Below, in pieces: positions 38,301 through 48,281 of a stretch of 53,259 nucleotides of DNA. Source of the stretch: Candidatus Berkelbacteria bacterium (lineage in GTDB: Bacteria; Patescibacteriota; UBA1384; DTJR01); assembly GCA_026397175.1 (NCBI GenBank), contig JAPLVK010000021.1:1-53259 (forward strand), given 5' to 3'. Position numbers and translations under genes: made by a program. The first letter of the stretch is position 1; the number at the start of each line of letters is the position of its first letter. The notes beneath the pieces were generated by a model that was given only the letters and a program-made list of their open reading frames with translations, was not told the DNA's origin and ran no database searches.

Positions 38301-41300
38301 TTTTGGTGGTGTTGCGGCGACAAATATCATAGTTGTTAATTCAACAACTATAACTGCGACTACTCCGGCACATGCTGCTGGAGCAGTTGATGTGGTAGTA
38401 ACAAATCCGGATACCACCACGGGAACGCTAGCGGGTGGCTATACATACGAAGTGTCCGGTATCACCATCTCCGGCAGTTGCAAACAATCAAATGGTTCAA
38501 GTAATTGCGCTGATTCCGAGACGGTCAAAGTTGCGGTCAATGGTGTCTTGCAAGCCCAAACCGGCACAACTTCTTCCGGTAGTTGGAGCATCTCTGGCGT
38601 GACCACGCCAAGCAGTGGAAATATAATCGTTGTCTATATTGATGGTGTGGCGGCGGCAAACAAATCAACTGCCGTTGGCAAATATGACGGAAGCGGAGAC
38701 ATTAGCGGACTGACGCTTACCGAGGGATCGGTTACGCTTGGCTCCGGTGACAACCAATCAATTTCAAACTCCGATTATGGTTCATACGATTCAACTGACG
38801 ATTCCGATATTTTGTTCACTCTTTCCGGGACGACACTTTCGGTCCTCGGTAATTACAAAATTCTCTCATCAAACACTTACGCGCCGGATGGCAACACAAG
38901 CGTTTCCGGCAACTGGGTAAACGCCGGAACATTTACAAAAGGCAGTTCGACAATCACCTTTAATGGAACTGCCGCTCAATCGATCACTTCCGCCAGTTCG
39001 GCTTTTAATAACATCACTGTTTCAAATACCGCAGGCGAAGTTTCGCAAGCCGATGCGATGACAATTTCTGGAACGCTGACAACTAATTCCAGCACTATTT
39101 ATGACATAAACGGGCAGGATATTTCGCTCGTGACATTAACCAATAACGGAACATTTCGCTTGCAAGGCGGGGAAACAAATTTCACAATTACCAATAAAGA
39201 CACAACGCACGGAACGATTGAATATGACGGCGCCGGTACTTATACATCATTAAAATACGGCAACACTTACCAAAACCTGACGATTTCCGGCGCCGGGTCA
39301 TTTACCGAAGGCGCGAATACTACGGCCAACGGAAACTTTTCAATTTCCGCCGGATCGTATTCGACTGGAGCAAGCGGATACACATTAAATTGTGCCGGAC
39401 TTGCGATTTCCGGTGGAACTTTCACAATTCCAAATGCCAGCTTCGCGACTAAAGTGACGGCGACATCCTTTAATCAAACCGGTGGTGTGTTCTCGATTGG
39501 TGATTATGCTTACATTGACATCAACGGCGCATTTACCAAAACCACCGGAACAACAACTACCGGATCGCAATCCCGCTTCTACATTTCTGGCGACATTTCG
39601 ATCGCGGGAGCAAGTTTCGGTGGAAGTTCGACAAAAATTTATATGGACGGCAATACAAACTCGGCAATTATAACTGCGCCTACCGCAATTGCCGGAACGC
39701 TGGATTTCAATAAGGGTGCCACCTATACCGCGACGCTAAATACCGGCGTAACTATTGGCTCGATACTTGTTGAGGGCGGTCTTATCAACACCAATTCGCA
39801 AACAATTACCATGAATGTTGATTCCGGCACAATAAATGCCGCTGGCGCGACGATCAATAATTTAAAAATTTCCGCCAATCCGGTTTATGTCACATCAAAT
39901 GTCACGATTGACCAAACGCTTGTTGTCGACACTAGCAAATCGCTTTCTATTAATAGCGCTGCCGCAACGGTAACATTTGCTGATACGGCACGGCTGACAT
40001 TAAATGGTAATTTGGCGACGGTAAATACTACAGTTGGCACCTATCTATTCCAAGACGATGCCGCAACTTATATCCCGACTTCCGGCGGATCAATTTCGGG
40101 CAAAATAAAGCTTCAAGTGGTAACAAAAAATATCACCGTTCCGGCCCGAACATATCTCGGACGAGTTGAAATCAACAATGCCGGCGCGACAGATCGTACG
40201 GCGACACTCGGTTCTGCCGGCTCGCAGACGATTATAATCGGCGGAAGTATTTACGACAGCAGTTATGGCTCCGGACTTTTTGTTTCAGCCGACGGAAATG
40301 GAAATATGGCGGTTGACGGCTCGGCGAACAATCCGACCATGAATGTCACAACTTATGACGCAACCACCACAAACGGCGATATGGATTTCACCGGAACCGG
40401 TGCTGGAACGGAATCGATAACTGCCGGAAGCGGAAACTGGACCGTCAAGGGCGATATTGATCTAACCGCCGGAACTTTAACTGCCGGAAGCGGAACATTT
40501 ACCCTAAACGGAACCGGTGCAAATCAAACGCAGACAATCACTTCGGCCAGCCAATCGTTTAACAATTTAACTATTACCAATAATGCAACCGGCGGAATTA
40601 TTTTCGCCGATTCGGCAACGGTTGCCGGCACATTCACCGCTGCAACAGCTTCAACAAAACTGACTTTCCACGCCGGCTCGATTTATACTTTGGCGGCAAT
40701 CAACATCAATGGCCAAGCGTCTGGCACTAAAGTCGTAATGATTTCTTCATCAAACGGAAGCGCCTATCACTTTAATGTTGCCGCCGCGACGCCGACGGTA
40801 AGTTATTCAAACATTCGAGACGCCGATGCTTCCGGTGGCAGTTTGATTAACGCCTACAATGGCACGAACACAAATTCGACTGGAAACACCAATATTGTTT
40901 TCTCCGTTCCGGATGCCCCGACAATTGGGACGCCGACTCGCGGAAATGGGCAGGTATCAGTAACATTTACTCCGCCGGCATACGATGGCGGCGGGACAAT
41001 CACTGGCTATACCGTTACCTCAACTCCGGGAAGCAAAACCGGTACCGGGGCGGGAAGTCCGATTGTTGTAAGTGGTTTGACCAACGGGACGACCTATACT
41101 TTTACCGTCCATGCGACCAATGTTGCCGGTAATTCTTCTGAATCGTCGCCATCAAGCGAAGCAACGCCGGCAACTGTTCCCGGTGTGCCAACTGTTATTG
41201 TTGCCACTGCCGGCAACGCCCAAGCAACTATTTCATTTTCTGCTCCTGATACCGGTGGCTCGCCAATTACCGGCTACACCGCGACATCAACGCCGGGCGG

Positions 41301-44300
41301 TCTCACCGGCTCTAACATCACGAGTCCAATTACCGTTACTGGACTGACGAATGGCGTGGAATATACATTTAAGGTCTATGCCACCAATACCATTGGGAAT
41401 GGCAGCGAATCCAGCGCTTCAAATGCGGTGACACCGTCTTTGACTTTCAATATTTCCGGTTCTTGCAAACAATATGACGAATCAACCAACTGTGCTGATT
41501 CGGAAACGGTCAAGGTAGCAATAAATAGTAGTTTGCAAGCCCAAACCGGCACGACTTCATCCGGTGTTTGGACAATTTCCGGCGTCACAGCACCCAGCAC
41601 CGGCGACATCATTACGGTTTTTGCCGACGGCGCGACTGATGAACACGAAGCCAATGCTGTTGCTAAATATGACGGCTCGGGCGACACCAGCGGCATCGCG
41701 CTTTACGAGCGGCACCTGACAATCGGCTCGGCTGATAATCAGACCCTAACCAACGCCAATTTATCGCAATATGATAGCACGGTCTCCTCTGACGAAGACA
41801 TTTTCTTTGATGTTGACGGCTCAAATAATCTGACCATTCCTTACACCGGTACCAGCAGTTACTCCGATCAAAAATTGTTAGTCCTAGCAAATAATATCTA
41901 TCAACCTAGCGCTTCCGGGTCGGTAATATCAACTATCCCAAATTTGATAATTCCAACTTTAGCGACTTTAACTGCCAACGCGAATACAATTAATTTAACC
42001 GCCTCGACTTCACCGTTTTCCGTCGTCGGCACTTTTTCCGAAGGAACATCAACGATAAAATATACTGGATCTTCGGCAACTAATATCTCGGCAATTACTT
42101 ATTACAATTTATATCTCGACCATGCCGGTACCACTTTCACCGCTGCTGGTTCAATGACGGTCTCTGGAGTTTTGACCATTTATACTGGAACTTTTGATGC
42201 CGCCGATAAATCTATTATCTTATCAGGGTCTGGCACGCCGTTTGTTAAAACCGGAACCTTCACTCCTTCAACTTCGACCATTTTTTATGCCGGATCATCA
42301 GCCACAAATATTACCGGGACGGCTTATTACAATTTATATTTAAACCACGCCGGTACAACCTTTACCGCCGCTAATAATTTAACGGCGACAAATGTTCTGA
42401 CAGTTAATGCCGGCACTTTTGATGCAGCCACGAAGATCATTTCACTTACCGGTTCCGGTACGCCATTTGTTGTCACCGGAACATTCACGCCCTCAACTTC
42501 AACAATCAAATATTTAGCCCAGGACTCCACCAATGTTGCGCCAACGAATTACTATGATTTGGAGACATCGTCGGCTTCGGCCAGCTTCACCTATACCTTA
42601 AATAGCGGAACGCTAGCGGTTGCCCATGACTGGGTCGTTGGTAATGGGAATGAAGTGACGATCAACGCTAACACCAACGACCCAACGCTAACGGTTGGCA
42701 ATGATTTTACCATCAACGACTCCGCCATCTTTGTTGCTTCAAGTTCCGCCACATTCTCAATTGCCGGAAATTATGCTAACTCCGGAACTTTCACTCACTC
42801 GTCCGGCACGGTAACATTCAACAAGTCATCCGGCACGCAAACCGTTGACTCCGGCGGTACCGGAACCGGTCGCAACTTTAATAATCTAGTCAAGTCCGGT
42901 GTATCCACTTTGCAGTTAGCGTCGAACTCATTGCGAACCGTTGGAACTTTAGCTATCGGCGCAGACGCGACAGTCAATTTGAACAATTTGAATTTGACTG
43001 CAGTGACACTTGCAAATGACGGCACGCTAAAACTGTCCGGCAGCGAGACGGTTGCGATCACTTCGATGGATACCGATTCGGGAACGGTTGATTACACCGG
43101 CGCCGGCAATTACTTGTCGTTGGCGGCTGGCAATAGTTACTATGTATTAAAATTCTCCGGTTCCGGCTCTTGGAAGGCCGGCGCCGATCTAACTGCCGGC
43201 TCAATAAACATCGCTGCTGGCACATTTAATGCCGCTGATAAAACCATCACGATCTCTGGTTCCGGAACACCATTTACAATTACTGGTACATTTGTGCCGT
43301 CAACCTCGACAATTTCCTACACAGGAGCTGCCGACACCAATATCGTTCCGACAACCTACTATAATTTGCGTTTTGCCCCGTCGAGTGGCCCGCCGACTTA
43401 TTCGTTTTCCGGAAATACAACGGTTACCGGAGCGCTTTCTGACACGACTGCTGATTCAAAAGTAACTTTTCATGCCGGCTCGACTTACACGATTGCCAAC
43501 ATAAATCTTGCCGGAACTTCCGGTCATGCTGTTTTACTTCGCTCATCAACTTCTGGAAGCCAGTGGATATTTAATGTCGGTCAAGTCAACCCGACGGCAA
43601 CTTATGTCGATGTTAAAGACAGCAACGCCAGCGGTGGCAGTTTAATTGACGCTTCAACTGGCGGACTAAACTCCGGCAATAACAACAATTGGAAATTTGC
43701 TGTTGCTTCCGTTGCAATTAATCCAACATCGGTCACACTTTATCCTGCCGGGACAGCTCAATTTTCAGCTTATGCATTTGATTCAAATAGTGAGGAAATT
43801 TCCGGCGCATCGTTTACATGGGTGGTTTCATCCGGTGGATCAATCAGCAATGCCGGACTTTTGACTGCCGGCTCAACCCCCGGTACTTATTCTAACAAAA
43901 TTTCTGCCACGACTTCGGGAGTTGTTGGTTATACTTCGTTTATTATTCAAGCACAACCTCCCGAACCAACACCAACTCCAACTCCGACTCCAGCTCCAGC
44001 TTCAACTTCGACTCCAACATTCGAAGAAACAAGCAGTGATGAGGGTACGGGTAATTCTTCTGAAACAAACAACAGTCATTCAACTGCCGACAAGTCCGCA
44101 CCGATATCGGTAATTTCCGCACCATCAAAAATTACTATTGGAGAAACAGCCCAAATCAACGCGGCTGGATCTTCGGATAATGTTGGCATTGTTTCTTATA
44201 GTTGGAATTTTGGCGACTCAAATACTGGAAGCGGATTGCAAGTTAGTCATAAATACAGCCAAATCGGTCGGTATAATATTACACTGACGGTCTTAGATGC

Positions 44301-44802
44301 CGCCGGAAACCAAGCTATGTCATCGTCATTAATTGATGTTGTACCGCCGCCGCCAGAGCTGACAAAAATCACAACCAACGGAACACAGATTATTATTGAG
44401 GGCAAGGCCTGTCCACTTTGCGAAGTTATTATTACAATTTATTCTGATCCCTACACCATTAAAACAACTGCGGATAGCAACGGGTCATTCAAGGCGACAT
44501 TTGACTACAAGGAGGCCAACCTAGCTCCGGGTGAACACAAAATTGTTTTAGTTGCCCAGGAAGAAGTGGAAGGAAATCTCTCGATCGGCAATAACTCCGG
44601 GAAAATTGCCGTTGCAAGTGACGAAAAAAAATATGATGCAATTATTAATGTTTCCGATAACGGAAAGCTTGATGTCAAAGTTAAACAACTAGAAAGAAGT
44701 AATTTGATCTACAGAGTAATTGCTGGAGTTGTAACCGCAGTTCTTCTAATCATTGTCTTAATGTACTTGCGCAAGAGAAAATCTAAGCGCATGCCGATCT
44801 AG
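35371..44802 (+). CDS. Giant (~3140 aa) surface protein/adhesin with beta-rich repeats, IPT/TIG, Gly-rich, FN3 x2 and PKD domains and a C-terminal TM
   Basis: AAGGAGG before TTG 35371 (start uncertain); N-terminal hydrophobic helix; T/S/G/A-rich; YSWNFGD PKD motif; C-terminal TM with a basic tail. Confidence 0.9.
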   Translation: MRGIFKKFRRMGSRLRLSSGIHRTGKRLTVSSRATIFSLLSVVLIFASTTALVFVFQQKPAMATTSWVVSGAGNNDYNGTYTESGTYGSNNKAAYTNGAKWLFNDREDMTGQDLWCLDSSKYNVMETGKGDCAYASYSTDLPGSWFNANSSEPAPTVSAPASGITISGTCKQYDEATNCADSETVKVAVNGTLQAQTGATSSGAWSIAGVTASSSGDVITVFVDVAADANEANAVTKYDGTGDITDINLFERHLSIGSADNQTITNANLSQYDNSVSSDEDIFFEVDANNDLTIPATSTQTATDQIIIIKASNTYQPDSSSSGNVTTPNLAIPTSATLTADGNTITLTASGTPFVKTGTFTAGTSTFKYTGAGNTTVAAATYNNLETSPSGSASLPSSVSVTGAGTSAYNGVYAPNGTYGGVTAYNYSSYWIYAPGSYWYMSQTLGGTGGDVAYYSNANCENPWTLTWNVNTGDNPAPTVAETSSASTYTFASGTTNVNGAYTNGDGTHAVNTTADTNDPTLNIDGAYTNSASTTFVASASAAFSVASDYTNNGIFTDSAGTLTLDGQGLQTITANGTDASHDFKNLTITNASAAGVSFADSATVTGTFTDTTASSKVTFHSTSTYAFNAISINGQAIGTRVTLTSSTGASAWNLNVTEASPVASNVSVKDSNANKDINATTGGYDATGNTHWLFPATAPTVSSIDPTSGSIAGGTSVTITGTNFVAGYSDGTGGTITHDGLYTVHTFTTSGTFIAPANISAEVLVVAGGGGGGGSRGAGGGAGGLIYNASYAITAGNKTVTVGNGGDGGADSGAHGGSGENSVFNDQTAIGGGYGAGAASTSGDNGGSGGGAVAGGSIGTGSQGSDGGTGAGPSHYGGGGGGGSGGVGADGSSSGSAEAAGGIGIAKTISGSSVTYAAGGAGGHNDIRDQVGATGGANTGNGGGGGQNLTVAGAGGAGGSGIIIVRYLTPSPNNVTFGGVAATNIIVVNSTTITATTPAHAAGAVDVVVTNPDTTTGTLAGGYTYEVSGITISGSCKQSNGSSNCADSETVKVAVNGVLQAQTGTTSSGSWSISGVTTPSSGNIIVVYIDGVAAANKSTAVGKYDGSGDISGLTLTEGSVTLGSGDNQSISNSDYGSYDSTDDSDILFTLSGTTLSVLGNYKILSSNTYAPDGNTSVSGNWVNAGTFTKGSSTITFNGTAAQSITSASSAFNNITVSNTAGEVSQADAMTISGTLTTNSSTIYDINGQDISLVTLTNNGTFRLQGGETNFTITNKDTTHGTIEYDGAGTYTSLKYGNTYQNLTISGAGSFTEGANTTANGNFSISAGSYSTGASGYTLNCAGLAISGGTFTIPNASFATKVTATSFNQTGGVFSIGDYAYIDINGAFTKTTGTTTTGSQSRFYISGDISIAGASFGGSSTKIYMDGNTNSAIITAPTAIAGTLDFNKGATYTATLNTGVTIGSILVEGGLINTNSQTITMNVDSGTINAAGATINNLKISANPVYVTSNVTIDQTLVVDTSKSLSINSAAATVTFADTARLTLNGNLATVNTTVGTYLFQDDAATYIPTSGGSISGKIKLQVVTKNITVPARTYLGRVEINNAGATDRTATLGSAGSQTIIIGGSIYDSSYGSGLFVSADGNGNMAVDGSANNPTMNVTTYDATTTNGDMDFTGTGAGTESITAGSGNWTVKGDIDLTAGTLTAGSGTFTLNGTGANQTQTITSASQSFNNLTITNNATGGIIFADSATVAGTFTAATASTKLTFHAGSIYTLAAININGQASGTKVVMISSSNGSAYHFNVAAATPTVSYSNIRDADASGGSLINAYNGTNTNSTGNTNIVFSVPDAPTIGTPTRGNGQVSVTFTPPAYDGGGTITGYTVTSTPGSKTGTGAGSPIVVSGLTNGTTYTFTVHATNVAGNSSESSPSSEATPATVPGVPTVIVATAGNAQATISFSAPDTGGSPITGYTATSTPGGLTGSNITSPITVTGLTNGVEYTFKVYATNTIGNGSESSASNAVTPSLTFNISGSCKQYDESTNCADSETVKVAINSSLQAQTGTTSSGVWTISGVTAPSTGDIITVFADGATDEHEANAVAKYDGSGDTSGIALYERHLTIGSADNQTLTNANLSQYDSTVSSDEDIFFDVDGSNNLTIPYTGTSSYSDQKLLVLANNIYQPSASGSVISTIPNLIIPTLATLTANANTINLTASTSPFSVVGTFSEGTSTIKYTGSSATNISAITYYNLYLDHAGTTFTAAGSMTVSGVLTIYTGTFDAADKSIILSGSGTPFVKTGTFTPSTSTIFYAGSSATNITGTAYYNLYLNHAGTTFTAANNLTATNVLTVNAGTFDAATKIISLTGSGTPFVVTGTFTPSTSTIKYLAQDSTNVAPTNYYDLETSSASASFTYTLNSGTLAVAHDWVVGNGNEVTINANTNDPTLTVGNDFTINDSAIFVASSSATFSIAGNYANSGTFTHSSGTVTFNKSSGTQTVDSGGTGTGRNFNNLVKSGVSTLQLASNSLRTVGTLAIGADATVNLNNLNLTAVTLANDGTLKLSGSETVAITSMDTDSGTVDYTGAGNYLSLAAGNSYYVLKFSGSGSWKAGADLTAGSINIAAGTFNAADKTITISGSGTPFTITGTFVPSTSTISYTGAADTNIVPTTYYNLRFAPSSGPPTYSFSGNTTVTGALSDTTADSKVTFHAGSTYTIANINLAGTSGHAVLLRSSTSGSQWIFNVGQVNPTATYVDVKDSNASGGSLIDASTGGLNSGNNNNWKFAVASVAINPTSVTLYPAGTAQFSAYAFDSNSEEISGASFTWVVSSGGSISNAGLLTAGSTPGTYSNKISATTSGVVGYTSFIIQAQPPEPTPTPTPTPAPASTSTPTFEETSSDEGTGNSSETNNSHSTADKSAPISVISAPSKITIGETAQINAAGSSDNVGIVSYSWNFGDSNTGSGLQVSHKYSQIGRYNITLTVLDAAGNQAMSSSLIDVVPPPPELTKITTNGTQIIIEGKACPLCEVIITIYSDPYTIKTTADSNGSFKATFDYKEANLAPGEHKIVLVAQEEVEGNLSIGNNSGKIAVASDEKKYDAIINVSDNGKLDVKVKQLERSNLIYRVIAGVVTAVLLIIVLMYLRKRKSKRMPI

Positions 44803-44831
44803 GTGACAGCGATACATAAATTTAAAGGGAA

Positions 44832-45389
44832 ATGAAAAAAATTACATTTATCTCTGGCAATAAAAATAAGGTTGAACGGGTTAGGGAATATCTACGGGGC
44901 ATCGAGGTGAGTCATAAAGATCTCGAGATTAACGAAATTCAATCGCTTGATTTAGAAAAAGTGGTGGAGCACAAAGCGCGACAGGCCTTTGAAATTGTCA
45001 AATCCCCTGTTTTAGTCGAAGATGTTTCGCTTGTCTATAGCGCATTTGGAAATCTCCCTGGACCGTTAATCAAATGGTTTCTTGCTGAACTTGGCAATGC
45101 CGGACTTTGCCGAATTTTGAATCATTATACAAAGGACAAAAATCGTGAGGCGGTTGCGGAGGTAAGCTTCGGATTTTTTGACGGCAAAAACTTTAAGTCA
45201 TTCGGTGCGCAAGTTAATGGTCGCATCGCTCCATATCCAAAAGGCGAAAATGGCTTTGGCTGGGATCCGATTTTTATTCCGGAGGGCTCCGATAAAACTC
45301 TCGGTGAAACCGGATCAGGGGAAAAAGAAAAACTGTTTAGAGCCAAAGCCCTGCAGGACTTCGCGAGATTTTATCTGGACAAATCCTAA
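44832..45389 (+). CDS. rdgB: Non-canonical purine NTP pyrophosphatase (HAM1/ITPase)
   Basis: SGNKNK, EIQ, LVEDVSL, LPGPLIKWF, GFGWDPIF. Confidence 0.9.
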   Translation: MKKITFISGNKNKVERVREYLRGIEVSHKDLEINEIQSLDLEKVVEHKARQAFEIVKSPVLVEDVSLVYSAFGNLPGPLIKWFLAELGNAGLCRILNHYTKDKNREAVAEVSFGFFDGKNFKSFGAQVNGRIAPYPKGENGFGWDPIFIPEGSDKTLGETGSGEKEKLFRAKALQDFARFYLDKS

Positions 45390-45413
45390 GATCTAATCTA
45401 TAATTTCCTAAGT

Positions 45414-45500
45414 GCCCGAGTGGTGAAATTGGTATACACGCTAGGTTTAGGACCTAGTGAGCGTAAGCTTGTGTCGGTTCGAATCCGACCTCGGGCACCA
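45414..45500 (+). tRNA. tRNA-Leu (TAG)
   Basis: GCCCGAG/CTCGGGC acceptor stem, CTAGG-TTTAGGA-CCTAG anticodon arm, long variable arm, GGTTCGAATCC, encoded CCA. Confidence 0.97.
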
Positions 45501-45597
45501 AATTTGCTCAAGACCACCCCTTTTGTTAAAATGAATTCATGAAAACGGCATTAAAATCGGAAAAGCTAGATATTGAAGTTGATGCTTTAAAATAAGT

Positions 45598-46392
45598 ATG
45601 AGAAAAAACATAAATCCTTGGACACAATTGAGCATTGAGTACGCCAGCCAGCGGAGTTATTTGGACGATCTATTTCAGGTATATCCAACAATTCCCGAAG
45701 GGATACGCGAACCTAACGGTGAACTCTGGAAGGGTGTAGAAAAGGCGTTTGCGAAGCGCGACAATGTTGCGCTTATGGAAAACCTTTTGAAACTCGATTT
45801 GTTTCCGATTAAAGATTCCTATGTCGCCTATCTGAAACGAGACAAAACTGCGTTAGAGCGAAATCCGGCAACATCTGCTCGACTATCCGGACGCTTGTAT
45901 GAAATGGGGCTTGATACGATTTTTGCTCGTTGTGCTGAACCGAAGGAAACAAACCGACAAATTGGGCCTCTTTTTAAACGCTGGCTTAATAAGAAAGCAT
46001 TGGGAGTTCAGCCAGTAAAACTCGATGAATTTTTGAAAGCGAAAGGAAACGCTGTCTTGGACGCCAGTGATGCGGAAATGATGGCTTTTGCTCGCAAGCA
46101 CCTGAACTACAAACACAATAAGGGATTGGACTTTATCGGTCGCTTTAACGGAAAATATGTTATCGGTGAGGCAAAATTTCTAACCGACTTTGGCGGACAC
46201 CAAAACGCACAATTCAACGATGCTATTGCAACAGTAAAAGCAAAAGGTGTGGAAGCGATAACTGTCGCAATTCTTGATGGTGTTCTCTATATTGAGGGTA
46301 AAAACAAAATGTATAAAGATATTACAGGCAAGCTCAAAAAAGAAAATATTATGAGTGCACTTGTTCTGCGCGAATTTCTCTATCAAATATAA
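45598..46392 (+). CDS. Type II restriction endonuclease (Tsp45I-like from recollection, unverified)
   Basis: GLDF...VIGEAKF PD-(D/E)xK motif; adjacent to a methyltransferase. Confidence 0.75.
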   Translation: MRKNINPWTQLSIEYASQRSYLDDLFQVYPTIPEGIREPNGELWKGVEKAFAKRDNVALMENLLKLDLFPIKDSYVAYLKRDKTALERNPATSARLSGRLYEMGLDTIFARCAEPKETNRQIGPLFKRWLNKKALGVQPVKLDEFLKAKGNAVLDASDAEMMAFARKHLNYKHNKGLDFIGRFNGKYVIGEAKFLTDFGGHQNAQFNDAIATVKAKGVEAITVAILDGVLYIEGKNKMYKDITGKLKKENIMSALVLREFLYQI

Positions 46393-46397
46393 ATATT

Positions 46398-47567
46398 ATG
46401 TTTATAACTTATGACAATAAAAAACCCGAGAAAGATATTCTCGAAACCTCGAGAATCGAGTTAAATACAATCTCCGGCAAAGGGGCAAAAAATAAGCTCA
46501 TACACGCTAACAATCTTTCCACACTAAAAACTCTACTCGATGATTATGCGGGTAAAGTTGATTTGATTTATATTGATCCTCCTTTTGCAACAAACGAACA
46601 TTTCAAAATCAGCGAGGATCGGGCAAATACAATTAGTAGTAATGGTAACACAATCGCATACAGTGACATTTTAGTTGGAGCAGAATTTTTGGAATTTTTG
46701 CGCGAACGACTGATTTTTTTACGCGAACTTTTATCGAAGCGTGGCTCAATTTATCTTCATATTGACTACAAAATCGGACATTATGTAAAACTTATAATGG
46801 ACGAAGTTTTCGGGCGAGATATGTTCCGAAACGACATCGCTCGCATCAAGTGCAATCCAAAAAATTTTCAACGAAAGGCATATGGAAACATCAAGGACTT
46901 GATACTTTTTTATACTAAATCAGAGAATCCGACTTGGAATGAACCAAAAGTTCCATTTTCGGAAGAAGACGAAGAACGCTTATTTAAGAAAATTGATAAA
47001 GATGGGCGACAATATACAACAATCCCACTCCACGCACCTGGAGAAACTTCAAACGGCAATACTGGCAAAGAATGGCGCGGAGTAAAACCACCCAGGGGTC
47101 GCCATTGGCGAAGCGATCCGACTGCTTTGGAAGAGCTAGACAAACAGGGACTTATTGAGTGGTCGGCGAATGGAGTGCCACGCAAAAAAATCTTTCTTGA
47201 CGAAAGAGACGGAAAGAAAATGCAGGACATTTGGGAGTTCAAAGATCCTCAATATCCGAAATATCCAACGGAAAAAAGTTTGGACTTGTTGAAATTTATC
47301 GTGGAAGCTTCATCGAACGAGGGCAGTTTAGTACTCGATTGTTTTTGCGGTTCCGGCACAACGCTTGTTGCGGCACAATCACTCAATCGCAATTGGATAG
47401 GAATTGATAAATCAGAACACGCAATAAAAGTTGCGGGGAGAAGACTGCTTGCAATGCCGGCAAATCTTTTTTCGACAGTGAATTTTGAGTTTCTCTCAGA
47501 AATTACTAATCCCGAAAGTCAAGTTGAAAAATATACAGCAAAAACTTCCGTAGCATATAAAAGCTAA
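46398..47567 (+). CDS. N6/N4 DNA methyltransferase, beta class
   Basis: YIDPPF precedes YPTEK and LDCFCGSGTT. Confidence 0.93.
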   Translation: MFITYDNKKPEKDILETSRIELNTISGKGAKNKLIHANNLSTLKTLLDDYAGKVDLIYIDPPFATNEHFKISEDRANTISSNGNTIAYSDILVGAEFLEFLRERLIFLRELLSKRGSIYLHIDYKIGHYVKLIMDEVFGRDMFRNDIARIKCNPKNFQRKAYGNIKDLILFYTKSENPTWNEPKVPFSEEDEERLFKKIDKDGRQYTTIPLHAPGETSNGNTGKEWRGVKPPRGRHWRSDPTALEELDKQGLIEWSANGVPRKKIFLDERDGKKMQDIWEFKDPQYPKYPTEKSLDLLKFIVEASSNEGSLVLDCFCGSGTTLVAAQSLNRNWIGIDKSEHAIKVAGRRLLAMPANLFSTVNFEFLSEITNPESQVEKYTAKTSVAYKS

Positions 47568-47589
47568 ACTTTTCCGCTAGAATAACATT

Positions 47590-48114
47590 ATGAGCGAAAA
47601 AACACCGATTCGTCCCTCCGAACAAGACATCAGGGTTTTTAGGCAAAGCCGATCACGGCTTTACACCGACCTTCTTTTTGTTGTCTTCGCATTTTTAGGA
47701 ATCGGAATTTTGTTTTCTTTATCCACACTTGTCCAGCCGTATATATGGTTTGTAATTTTGATTTTAGTTGTTTTGACCGCATTGGTCGGGTTCGGCGCTT
47801 TTCTAAATTGGTATTCCACTGTCTATAAAATTACAACTATCAGAATCGAATATAAATCCGGTATTATTTCCAAGGTCGAAGAAGAAATCTGCCTTGAAGA
47901 TATCCAGACCGTTGACGCCATCCAAAATTTTATCGGCCGATTTTTGGGTCATGGAGATATAAAAGTGGAAGCGGCGGGGCAGAATATCATCATTTTGAAA
48001 AATGTTCGCCACGCGCATAAAATTGCCCACGAAATCACTAATTTATCAATAAAATACAACAAAAATTCTAAGCCGGTTAACCAAGAAGACACCACTCCGT
48101 TTATGCAGGTCTGA
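47590..48114 (+). CDS. Membrane protein with a bacterial PH domain
   Basis: Two TM helices, then YKITT.RI..KSGII...IQTV...GRFLGHGDI. Confidence 0.8.
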   Translation: MSEKTPIRPSEQDIRVFRQSRSRLYTDLLFVVFAFLGIGILFSLSTLVQPYIWFVILILVVLTALVGFGAFLNWYSTVYKITTIRIEYKSGIISKVEEEICLEDIQTVDAIQNFIGRFLGHGDIKVEAAGQNIIILKNVRHAHKIAHEITNLSIKYNKNSKPVNQEDTTPFMQV

Positions 48115-48247
48115 CAGAACTTTCGGGAAAATATCCTAAAACAATCAGCCAGACCTACTCAAAGATTTTCAAAAAATAATAGTCCTGTTCTAACCACCTG
48201 CCAAAATCTAACCATCTGCCAAAATCTGCCAAGCATCCCAATCCAAA

Positions 48248-48279
48248 TGTACAAAAACCTCGATCGAGAAAATAGTACA
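48248..48279. repeat. CGATCG-centred site, family B (downstream of PaaX-like 2)
   Basis: TGTACAAAAACCTCGATCGAGAAAATAGTACA, 2 nt from the stop codon. Confidence 0.92.
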
Positions 48280-48281
48280 CG

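Noticed and set aside
48190-48232. Short tandem repeat AACCAYCTGCCAAAATCT
   Set aside because: About two and a half copies at a single locus; consistent with slippage and no functional clue.
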